Source of the DNA: Candidatus Omnitrophota bacterium
Lineage (GTDB): Bacteria; Omnitrophota; Gorgyraeia; Pluralincolimonadales; Pluralincolimonadaceae
DNA: 64,000 bases
Assembly (NCBI GenBank): GCA_003141835.1
Contig: PLNR01000008.1
Span: forward strand, 61,564-125,563
Reading direction: 5' to 3'
The notes beneath the pieces are model-generated. The model was not told where the DNA came from and did no database searches. It worked only from the letters and a program-made list of their open reading frames with translations. The position numbers and the translations under genes are program-made. This document shows, piece after piece, positions 39,056-47,547 of this stretch (the stretch's first letter is position 1; each line of letters begins with the position of its first letter).

Positions 39056-40227
39056 TCCTGCACATAGACATGGACGCTTTTTTCGCGTCCGTTGAACAGG
39101 CCATCAACCCGCGGCTTAAAGGCAAGCCCCTGATAGTGGGCACGCGCGAAAGGAAGCTCCACACGGTCGTTTGCGCGGCCAGTTATGAAGCCAAGGCCTT
39201 AGGGATAGGCTCAGGGATGTCTTCTGAGGAGGCCTTTAAAATATGCCCGGACCTCAATTTTGTCCCGGCAGAACAAAGCAAGTATATATGGACCTCGGGC
39301 CGGATATTGGAGCTCATCAAGGGATACGGGTTCGAGACCGTATATGTTTCGATAGATGAGTTCCAAATTGATGTAGGGGATCAGGGACAGTCCCCAAATG
39401 GGGGCTGTCCCTCTTACGCCGTGGCTTTGGCCGAAGATATCCGCAGCAAAATACACAAAAACTTCAACATCACAGCTTCCGTAGGCATAGCGAAAAATTG
39501 CCTCCTTGCCAAACTCGCCTCAAAGTTAAACAAGCCAAACGGTGTAGCTGTTTTGACCGAAGCCAATTTAGCCGAAATTTTGGCCAAAACACCGGTCGAA
39601 AAATTATGCGGGGTGGGGGAAAAGACAGCCGAAATCTTCCATGATTTGGGCATCAAAACCTGCCTGGACCTGTACGCCAAAACGCCCAAATTCCTGGAGC
39701 GGAATTTAGGCAAGAACGGGCTCAATCTTTACGCGTCTTTGCATTCCGAAGAGTCGCTTGAGCCGGCTGATGATGACCCGGATCCAAAATCCGTAGGCCA
39801 TTCATATACCTTGCCGAGATCCACAGAAAATCCCGGGTTTATCCGCGCCTGGATACGCCTTTTGGCCGATATGGTCGGTGAGCGCCTAAGGCAGCAAGGC
39901 CTGGCAGCAGCGACAACACACCTATGGCTGAACGGGCCAAAAATAGGCAATTTTGGGGCCCAAAAGACATTCCCGGAAGCCACTAATGACGGCTGTGAGA
40001 TATTCCGGAGAGTACTTGTTAATATGTCCAAATTAGGGCCGCAAACGCCCAAAACAAGAGCTTTAGGCGTAACCTGCAGTAGTTTCACACATACCAGGTA
40101 TTTGCCTTTATTTGACCAACAGAAGAGCCGGGAATCGCTCCTGGAGGCGGTAGACAGGATCAATGACCGCTACGGAGACGGCTCGATTTATCCCGCCGCG
40201 ATCACTTTAACCAGGGAAATGCCTTAA
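39052..40227 (+). CDS. dinB: Y-family DNA polymerase IV
   Basis: MILHIDMDAFFASVEQ with catalytic Asp pair; SIDE catalytic Glu. Confidence 0.8.
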   Translation: MILHIDMDAFFASVEQAINPRLKGKPLIVGTRERKLHTVVCAASYEAKALGIGSGMSSEEAFKICPDLNFVPAEQSKYIWTSGRILELIKGYGFETVYVSIDEFQIDVGDQGQSPNGGCPSYAVALAEDIRSKIHKNFNITASVGIAKNCLLAKLASKLNKPNGVAVLTEANLAEILAKTPVEKLCGVGEKTAEIFHDLGIKTCLDLYAKTPKFLERNLGKNGLNLYASLHSEESLEPADDDPDPKSVGHSYTLPRSTENPGFIRAWIRLLADMVGERLRQQGLAAATTHLWLNGPKIGNFGAQKTFPEATNDGCEIFRRVLVNMSKLGPQTPKTRALGVTCSSFTHTRYLPLFDQQKSRESLLEAVDRINDRYGDGSIYPAAITLTREMP

Positions 40228-40295
40228 GCATAATCAAAAATAGTTGAAAGTTTTTTCCCTCTTTTAGCGTCTATAGAATTAAAGGAGGGTTTTTC

Positions 40296-40814
40296 ATGGG
40301 TAAGTTGATTATACATAAGGTAATAGAACAGAAGATATTCGTAATAAGGGGAAAGAAAGTAATCGTTGATAGGGACCTGGCTGAGCTTTACGGAGTAGAA
40401 ACAAAGCACTTAAATAGACAGGTAAGGAGAAATATCGACCGTTTTCCAGAAGAGTTCATGTTTCAACTTACCGAGAACGAGAAAAAGGAACTGGTGACAA
40501 ATTGGCACCAGTTTAAGCCATTAAAGCATTCATACGTGCTGCCATATGCTTTTACGGAACATGGAGTAACTATGGCGGCTATGGTATTAAACAGCGACAC
40601 GGCCATAAGGGTAAGTGTTTTTATAGTAAAGACTTTTATCAAACTCCGCGAGATTATCGCCACTCAGAAGGAATTAATGACTAAGTTCGGCGAGCTTGAG
40701 CTAAGGGTAGATAAGCATGACAAAGATATCTTAAATCTGATCAGAGTCATCAAAGAGTTATTAGAGCCGAAATTCGAGGAAAAGCCGAGGCGGAAGATAG
40801 GGTTTTATCCCTAA
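40296..40814 (+). CDS. ORF6N (KilA-N-like) domain DNA-binding protein
   Basis: IRGKKVIVDRDLAELYGVETKHLNRQVRRNIDRFPEEFMFQLT and LPYAFTEHGVTMAA match the ORF6N consensus. Confidence 0.75.
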   Translation: MGKLIIHKVIEQKIFVIRGKKVIVDRDLAELYGVETKHLNRQVRRNIDRFPEEFMFQLTENEKKELVTNWHQFKPLKHSYVLPYAFTEHGVTMAAMVLNSDTAIRVSVFIVKTFIKLREIIATQKELMTKFGELELRVDKHDKDILNLIRVIKELLEPKFEEKPRRKIGFYP

Positions 40815-40833
40815 AGGACGGATTTTTCATGGC

Positions 40834-40870
40834 TTGACATAATGTATCAAATATGATACATTTGTTATAG
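40834..40870 (+). promoter_or_regulatory. promoter region with a 9-bp inverted-repeat operator (AATGTATCA-aata-TGATACATT) upstream of the XRE regulator
   Basis: TTGACA at 40834 and the palindrome at 40842-40863. Confidence 0.45.
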
Positions 40871-40892
40871 GCATGAAAGGAGGTGCATTAAC

Positions 40893-41162
40893 ATGAAAAA
40901 ATCAATATTCGACAAAGAAATGGAGAATCCAAGGTTCAAAGCTATATACGATGAAATAGCTACTGAGCTGAACATAGGAGAGCAGATAGCCCGGCTAAGG
41001 CATGAAGCGAGACTAAGTCAATCGGAATTAGCCAAGAAAGTGTGTACTAGCAGAACTGCTATAGCGCGATATGAAAGCGGAGATTACGACAGATATAATG
41101 TAAGCACTTTAATGAAAATTGGAAGAGCGCTGCATAAGAAATTAAAAATATCTTATATATAA
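40893..41162 (+). CDS. XRE-family HTH transcriptional regulator
   Basis: 89 aa; QSELAKKVCTSRTAIARYESG HTH. Confidence 0.75.
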   Translation: MKKSIFDKEMENPRFKAIYDEIATELNIGEQIARLRHEARLSQSELAKKVCTSRTAIARYESGDYDRYNVSTLMKIGRALHKKLKISYI

Positions 41163-41204
41163 AGGCTTGACAGGCTAGAGAGGGTGTGATATAGTTCTAT
41201 CACT

Positions 41205-41546
41205 ATGGAACAATCGAACTATTCAAAGATATTCAAGGCACTCTCAAGCGAGCAGCGGCTCAAGATCTTTTTGATGATCTATAAGCAGTGCTGCAATCCG
41301 AAGGACCAGCAGGGGGGAGCCGAATTTAAGGCAGAAGAAGGGAAGTCGTGCTGCCCCGGGACAAGGATCATAGAGAAGGCCTTTACGCATGTCTGTGATT
41401 GCATGAAATTGTCCAGGTCTACGATTTCGCACCATTTTAAGGAGCTCCAGAACGCAGGGCTTATTACGTGTGAACGCGATGGCCGGAACTACCGCTGCAA
41501 GGTCAACGAACAGGCGGTCAAGGCCATAAGGGATTTCCTTAAGTAA
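41205..41546 (+). CDS. ArsR/SmtB family metalloregulator
   Basis: wHTH ISHHFKELQNAGLITCERDGRNYRCKV; N-terminal Cys pairs. Confidence 0.7.
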   Translation: MEQSNYSKIFKALSSEQRLKIFLMIYKQCCNPKDQQGGAEFKAEEGKSCCPGTRIIEKAFTHVCDCMKLSRSTISHHFKELQNAGLITCERDGRNYRCKVNEQAVKAIRDFLK

Positions 41547-41609
41547 TTTTTTTTGACCAATAAGTTCGATGGCCATCGAATAATTAGGTCAAGAAAGGAG
41601 GTGAAATAA

Positions 41610-41783
41610 ATGAAAGGATGCTGCTCATTCGATCCGGAGTTCATTCATGACCAGTTTGATTGCACCTGCAAAGAGACGGAAAAAGGTCTCCAGCTTGACA
41701 TCAAACCTAAGGACCCGGCAAAGGCGGATTCCTTGAAGGCGCTGGCAAAGGCCTGCAAGGACTTCTGCAGCTGCTGCAAGTAA
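41610..41783 (+). CDS. Cys-rich 57-aa small protein (metallothionein-like), absent from the ORF track
   Basis: Strong SD AAGGAGG 8 nt upstream; MKGCCSFDPEF...CTCKE...CKDFCSCCK has 9 Cys; a terminator hairpin follows. Confidence 0.55.
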   Translation: MKGCCSFDPEFIHDQFDCTCKETEKGLQLDIKPKDPAKADSLKALAKACKDFCSCCK

Positions 41784-41800
41784 GAGGTAATTTGGTAAAG

Positions 41801-41848
41801 AATGCCCGGAATAGGGCCGTACAGGCGCAAATTCCGGGCATTTCTTAT
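41801..41848 (+). terminator. rho-independent terminator (12-bp stem)
   Basis: AATGCCCGGAAT-N18-ATTCCGGGCATT followed by TCTTAT. Confidence 0.6.
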
Positions 41849-42053
41849 GCCATAACCAGCCGGAAACCGCCATACAAACCATCCCATAGAGGCGATCTCA
41901 GCGTGAAGGGAAAGACTTATCCACAGCTTATTCCGCGTGCTCACGTACTTAACATAAGATATATTATAGGACGTTAGCCTTGCATGAGAAAGAGTGGTAT
42001 TTGGCATAAATGAAAGCGTTGAAAATGACAAAACTTAGAATTAAGATTGAATT

Positions 42054-42722
42054 TCATAGTCTCTTGCGGCTGAGGATGACAGACATTTGCCGGTGGATCT
42101 TTCGGTTTGTAGCCAGTATTTCCTTTAAATAATGATTGTAGGGCTTACCGGAAAACGTCGTCACCTCTCCCCCGGCTTCCTTGACTATGAGCCAGGCTGC
42201 GGCCGTATCCCAGGGATTAAGCTCTAATTCCCAGAAGCCGTCAAGCCTGCCGCAGGCTACATAGCACATATCAAGGCTTGCCGCGCCAGCCCGCCTTACT
42301 GCCTGTGAGGATACGAGGAAATTCCTGAAATGCCTTAAATTTGACTCCATGGTCTTGCCTAATTTATAGGAAAACCCGGTCATTAAAAGGCTCTTTTTTA
42401 GGTCTTTTTGGGAGCTTACTTTTATGCGTTTGCCGTTAAGGAAGGCGCCCTTGCCGCGTTCCGCGCAAAAAAGCTCACCGCGGACAGGGTCATACACTAT
42501 GCCAAGCAAGGGTTTTTTGTCTTTCTCCAGGGCTACGGAAATAGCGTAAAAAGGAAAGCCGTGGGCGAAATTAGTGGTCCCGTCAATGGGGTCTATTACC
42601 CATTTAAGGTCCGAGCCTGCCCTTATCTCCCCGATCTCTTCAGACAAAAATCCTATATCCGGGAAAGCCTTGCGTAAAGACTTTATAAGCACGCCTTCAA
42701 CCTCGTGGTCTACGTTCGTCAC
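42054..42722 (-). CDS. suhB: inositol monophosphatase family protein; the true N-terminus probably reaches an ATG at 42918 through a frame disruption in a T6 run
   Basis: DPIDGTTNF and WDTAAG motifs. IMPase-like sequence continues upstream in another frame from an ATG with a strong AAGGAGG SD. Confidence 0.7.
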   Translation of the reverse strand: MTNVDHEVEGVLIKSLRKAFPDIGFLSEEIGEIRAGSDLKWVIDPIDGTTNFAHGFPFYAISVALEKDKKPLLGIVYDPVRGELFCAERGKGAFLNGKRIKVSSQKDLKKSLLMTGFSYKLGKTMESNLRHFRNFLVSSQAVRRAGAASLDMCYVACGRLDGFWELELNPWDTAAAWLIVKEAGGEVTTFSGKPYNHYLKEILATNRKIHRQMSVILSRKRL

Positions 42723-42921
42723 GAGGTTTATCGAACCCTTGAAAGCGATGCTCTTGATCTTTTTGCTGTGTTCTTTTAGGTATTTCCCGGCTTTAAGGAC
42801 GATCCGGCAGGCTTCGTTTTTAATAGCTATTTTTTCGGGCCCCTATGGGCTTTACCTGACATGCGTTTCTTCCTTCTTTTGTTCCTGAGTCCTTTTGGTA
42901 TCGACATCGTTGCCTCCTTTT

Positions 42922-43416
42922 TTATTTTTTAAGGTGTTTATCAATGTATTCCATCAGTGTATCCTGGTGCTTCTTATCGCCTTCCAGGAACTCAATGCCG
43001 ATCAGGAACGTCCGCTTGCCGTCTTTGTCGAGCCGCTCGGCGCCCTCACAGCCCTCGCACCAGGCGACTTTACCCCTTAACCTCAGGGTTTCTTTAGAGT
43101 TCGGCACCGAGATCTCCATATCTATCAGCGCGTCTTTCGGCAGTATCTCGTACACGAGGATGGAAATACCCGTCTTGCTTATGTTTTTCGTGTTAGTCGA
43201 AAACTCGGCTTTCGTGGGCGGGATAAGGTTGTATTTAAGGTCGAGTTCGGTATCGAAACGTTCGCATCTTCTTCTGTCTTTTTCGCCGGCGCAATATTCC
43301 TCAACCTTCCCGCGAGTAGCGAATTTCTCGCTTACTTTTCTATCTTCTTTGGATGTGAGGAGATAAACCAAGAAAAGGCCTATCGCGATAAAAACCAAAA
43401 TGATTATGATGTTCAT
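42922..43416 (-). CDS. PilZ domain protein with N-terminal TM anchor
   Basis: RRRCERFD and NISKTGIS motifs; N-terminal hydrophobic helix. Confidence 0.6.
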   Translation of the reverse strand: MNIIIILVFIAIGLFLVYLLTSKEDRKVSEKFATRGKVEEYCAGEKDRRRCERFDTELDLKYNLIPPTKAEFSTNTKNISKTGISILVYEILPKDALIDMEISVPNSKETLRLRGKVAWCEGCEGAERLDKDGKRTFLIGIEFLEGDKKHQDTLMEYIDKHLKK

Positions 43417-43538
43417 TTGATTAAAAGTATATACGTTATTTCATTGCCTGTCAATGGGTTGTGTCTCATGCGGTCCATGCCTGCTCCGCAAATAACCCCC
43501 CCGGGATTAAAACCCCGGGGGTTTTTGCCTGACTGATG

Positions 43539-45131
43539 TTAAAAGGTTACTTTCACGCCGCCAGTCACGATAACAGCGGGATCCGTGCTCTTGGTTGATG
43601 AATTACTGTTCCTGTTGTAGAACGTTTCCGGGACGAATACGCCGCCGGTCAAATCGAACTGGACATCTTCGGTGTAATCATACAGGATGGTCGTATCGAC
43701 CTCATCGCCGAGGTTGTAGCCTCTGTCATTGCCGCCGGTCATCCCGATGCTGCCGCTTTTCTCTGTCCAGAAGTGCAACCATCTTGTCTTGAGCGAGAGA
43801 TCATCCATCGGCCTCAACCCGCCATCGACATACAGCGTTATCGCGTCTGTCGAACCGGACGGATCGTTCGGGTCCAAGGTCGTGTAGATGTTACCGCCGA
43901 TGCCGGTCAACGCAGCCTGCTGGCCACCCATGTAACCGCGTATGAGCGAAAGCGAGTTGCCCCTGAACATCGGGTCCCATGCGGTCCACTTGCCGGTATT
44001 TGATTTATTCTGGCCGGAAAGTAACTCGAACCCTAATCCTAAATTGGGCTTGTAGGCAACTTCTTTCCATATGTAGTTACCGTAAGCATTGATTGCCCAT
44101 GCTAACTTACCTCTCTTGAGCGAGGAGCCATCGGTGCCCGGTACGTACGGTCCCATGGTGTCTTCTAGGTTGCCCCACTGTACCGCACCTTCACCGTTAA
44201 GCACGAGGTTCTCGATAGGAGAGATATCGCCTCTCATGCCGAATACATGCGTCTGTTCCCTGTTGTATATCCTACCGCCTACGCCGGGAACGGTGCGATC
44301 AAGAAAGTCGATGCCGTTTTCAAACAGGTCAACGGCATTAATCGTGCCCATAGAGCTGTCGAGCGTAGGATTATCCTTGAAGAAGTAGTAGGCTTCTGCT
44401 TTCGCGTTGTACTGATCGAACTTGTACGCGACGTTGATACCGGCCAGGTTCTCATCAAGGGATGATGTAAAGTTCTCGTTGATCTTCGAATAGATAGCAT
44501 CGACCGTCCACGGGTCGAGGTCCAAGGTAGCGCGTATAGCGTCATAATATGTAGCATCGCTATACTGCAACCCTGCCGGGCCTGAGAACGGATAACCGGG
44601 AACATTAGTCCGCGTGATGCTGTTGACAGCTGTCATCGTCGGCCACTCAAAGACGTTCTGAGGATCCCTGTAGATACCGGGCCCGATTATGAAACCGTTC
44701 CCGAATCTCAGGTCCTGACGACCGATCTTCACTGTCAACGGCTGGTAGAAGAACTCCTTCAATGTTACGAAGGCTTTGTTGACCTGTACGCCGTCTACGC
44801 CAATCCAGTTGTTGCCCCATTTGGTCTGGTTCGATAAGACGATCGAGGCCGATACGTTATCGGTCAGGTCGGAATCTACCCCGACCTTGATCGTCGAAAG
44901 GATGAAGGACGTCTGGTCATCGCGTATCGAGGCGCCCGAACCCAACGCTGTACCTGTACCAAAACGGACAGCCGTGCTTTCTTCAGACTTGTTTTTCAAG
45001 TCAAAGTTGTTCATATAGATAGCCTGTTCCTCTATGGAACCGCTAACTTTGATGTTCTGTACCGCAGCGAACGAAGGAGCCGCTATCGCGACTAGCATCG
45101 CGACTACGAAGAGAACATTCAATAACTTCAT
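43539..45131 (-). CDS. outer-membrane beta-barrel (porin-like) protein, paralog 1
   Basis: Signal peptide, C-terminal F, amphipathic strand pattern; very similar to 47548..49167 at the protein and DNA level. Confidence 0.6.
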   Translation of the reverse strand: MKLLNVLFVVAMLVAIAAPSFAAVQNIKVSGSIEEQAIYMNNFDLKNKSEESTAVRFGTGTALGSGASIRDDQTSFILSTIKVGVDSDLTDNVSASIVLSNQTKWGNNWIGVDGVQVNKAFVTLKEFFYQPLTVKIGRQDLRFGNGFIIGPGIYRDPQNVFEWPTMTAVNSITRTNVPGYPFSGPAGLQYSDATYYDAIRATLDLDPWTVDAIYSKINENFTSSLDENLAGINVAYKFDQYNAKAEAYYFFKDNPTLDSSMGTINAVDLFENGIDFLDRTVPGVGGRIYNREQTHVFGMRGDISPIENLVLNGEGAVQWGNLEDTMGPYVPGTDGSSLKRGKLAWAINAYGNYIWKEVAYKPNLGLGFELLSGQNKSNTGKWTAWDPMFRGNSLSLIRGYMGGQQAALTGIGGNIYTTLDPNDPSGSTDAITLYVDGGLRPMDDLSLKTRWLHFWTEKSGSIGMTGGNDRGYNLGDEVDTTILYDYTEDVQFDLTGGVFVPETFYNRNSNSSTKSTDPAVIVTGGVKVTF

Positions 45132-45213
45132 TGTGGATCTCCTTGGTTAAGTAATATTATGAATGATTTTAGCAGCTTCCGGCGTTTTAAGTTCATCACC
45201 CTCCTTTCTTATC

Positions 45214-47394
45214 TTATACGGTCCAGGTCTGGGATTCGTAATCCGGCCCCGGAAGGATTATCTCTATCGCCCCGTACTCCGGGCAGCGTTCTATCACGGC
45301 GCCTGCGGTCTCTATTGTGGCGCTCAATTTTACCACCTCTCCCCCCTGCCCTTTGAAATCCTTGAACTTTATGGCCAATTCCAGTATCTTATCGTAGGCA
45401 ACGGCGCCGTCCTTCCCTGCCTCTACCCATACCTCGTCTTCTTTCTCATGAAAAATAGTACATTGGCCGTTCCCTCCGTTGCGTTTGAGCGGCACGGATA
45501 TCTTTACTTTCTTTTCCAGGAACAGGACGTTAAGGCTTAATTCTTCTTTTTGGCCGCCATCCTGGTTCCCCGGAATGTCAAACCGGAGATAAAGGGTTTC
45601 AGCGTCGAAACCGAAATAGATCTGTTTTATCAGGGTCTCCGACTGGTACATGGTGCCGCCGCGCTTGCTGGCGTCGATCAGGCCCGCGTTTATCCATTCG
45701 AAGTAGTTCGTGTCCCTTCCATCTATCGTAGGCTTTATAAAACCGTAGGGCTCCCTTACGATCTTTGCCTTTTTTGTCTTTATGGGCATTGACAGGTATT
45801 CGGGAGGTTTTTTCCCTATAACCGTGTAGACATTCGAGAGGTGTGACCTGAATAACCGGTCAAATTCCTCATCGTTGGCCGAGGAGTTGTCATCGCCGTA
45901 CCACCAGTTCCAGTCGCTTCCTTCGGCTATGTATATTTCTTTCCAAGCCTTCGCGAGTAACTCTGGGGCGGGCTGCTGCTTTTCGTAATCCTTGAGGACG
46001 CTCCTGGTCTCGGAGAGGTATTCCCACGCTTTGTTCTTTTCCTCGTGGCCTATCCATATATTGAAATTCGCGTTTATCCATGAGCCCGGGTGGAGCCTAG
46101 TGAGCTTCTCCTGCGGCGGGAACTGGTCCAGGTATTCCGAGATCGTCACGAATTTTAAGGCAGGGTCTTTCGTGGCTTGCCCATAAAAATTATTGAGGAA
46201 ATCCCTGCCGTCATTGGGATAGAATTCCCACGCGTTCTCACCGTCCAGGATTATCGCGACGAGATATGGGGTCCTGGACTTCGGCAGCTTCTCCCTGAGC
46301 GCGTGCAGCCGGTTAATAAGGTCGCCTCCGGCGCTGTCCGCATTCCAACTCTGGTATATAAAACCGATCGAATCCGACAAGGACCTGTCCCTGAATATTA
46401 GGGATAATTCGCCCTGTTTTCTTTCAAAGAGATACGGCTTGTAAAGCGTCTCCTGGGTCTTTTGCCTGCCGATCGACCTGAAGAGTATCTCTTCATCCGT
46501 TGCAACCCACTTAAGCCCGGCCTCTATTATTAGGTCGACCGCCTGTTCGCTTACCGAACCCTCCGAAGGCCACATCCCGCGCGGCGGCCTCCCGAATTTC
46601 CCGGTATATAACTTGACTGCCATTTCTAGTTGTGTTTTTGCGTCTTCCGGGTGGCGGAAATTTATGTTGGGAAGCCTGGTCTCCGGATATGATATCTTTG
46701 CCACGTCGGAATCGCACAGCAAGGGCAGTATCGGATGGAAGAACGGCGAAACGGATACCTCGATCTTGCCCTTCTCCTGCATATCCTTATATGTGGGTAT
46801 TATCTCCCGCATGATCTCTATCTGCTTTGCCATGACCAGCTTTTTGTCTTCTTCGGAAAAGTATTTTCCTTTTTTGGACAATTCCTTAAGCTGGGCGTCT
46901 TTTTCCCTGAATACGGGGTCTATCCACGCCAGGTTGTAGAGGAGCTGGAGGTCTGTGAGATCCTGCGCGGTGAAACGCTTGGCCGCGGATGAAGCCTCTT
47001 CCGGGGAAAAATGCCGGCCTCTTTTTATGAGCAGGTCGTAAAATCTCGGGAAGGGCCTTATCATCATATCCCAATTCGCCATGAAAAAGTTGCGCAGGAT
47101 GAAAAGCTTCTCCTGCTCGGTCAGGTCTGCGGCTTTCTTCAGGGTAAGTTCGTAGGGCTTGTCTTTTTTAGAGTCAGGATCGAGCGTATCTTCTATCTGT
47201 TCAATAAGGGACGGGACCAGGTTGAACGTCTGGTGGATATCCGGGAAATCCTGCAGGATCTTGGCCATGTCCAGGTAGTCCTTGACGGCATGGAGGCGCA
47301 CCCACGGCATCACCGTCTCCCCTGTTATGAGGTTCTTGTAGAACGGTTGGTGCATGTGCCAGACAAAAGCTATATATAGAGGTTGTTCGGACAT
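45214..47394 (-). CDS. glycoside hydrolase family 57 protein (alpha-glucan-active)
   Basis: N-terminal YIAFVWHMHQPFY GH57 motif; 726 aa. Confidence 0.8.
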   Translation of the reverse strand: MSEQPLYIAFVWHMHQPFYKNLITGETVMPWVRLHAVKDYLDMAKILQDFPDIHQTFNLVPSLIEQIEDTLDPDSKKDKPYELTLKKAADLTEQEKLFILRNFFMANWDMMIRPFPRFYDLLIKRGRHFSPEEASSAAKRFTAQDLTDLQLLYNLAWIDPVFREKDAQLKELSKKGKYFSEEDKKLVMAKQIEIMREIIPTYKDMQEKGKIEVSVSPFFHPILPLLCDSDVAKISYPETRLPNINFRHPEDAKTQLEMAVKLYTGKFGRPPRGMWPSEGSVSEQAVDLIIEAGLKWVATDEEILFRSIGRQKTQETLYKPYLFERKQGELSLIFRDRSLSDSIGFIYQSWNADSAGGDLINRLHALREKLPKSRTPYLVAIILDGENAWEFYPNDGRDFLNNFYGQATKDPALKFVTISEYLDQFPPQEKLTRLHPGSWINANFNIWIGHEEKNKAWEYLSETRSVLKDYEKQQPAPELLAKAWKEIYIAEGSDWNWWYGDDNSSANDEEFDRLFRSHLSNVYTVIGKKPPEYLSMPIKTKKAKIVREPYGFIKPTIDGRDTNYFEWINAGLIDASKRGGTMYQSETLIKQIYFGFDAETLYLRFDIPGNQDGGQKEELSLNVLFLEKKVKISVPLKRNGGNGQCTIFHEKEDEVWVEAGKDGAVAYDKILELAIKFKDFKGQGGEVVKLSATIETAGAVIERCPEYGAIEIILPGPDYESQTWTV

Positions 47395-47547
47395 GGTGAT
47401 CTTTTGAGATCCTTTAAGTTATCCCTGCTTGCTGTGTACGGTGAAATTATTGAAGATAATTTCACCGCGCTCGTAGGGATTATCCGCTTCGCGGATAAAA
47501 AAACCCCCCGGGGTTTGCGCCCCAGGGGGTTTTCCATCTAACTGATG

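Noticed and set aside
45163-47379. Several plus-strand ORFs of 60-125 aa within the GH57 gene
   Set aside because: Antisense to a gene with the clear GH57 N-terminal motif; no SD or motifs.
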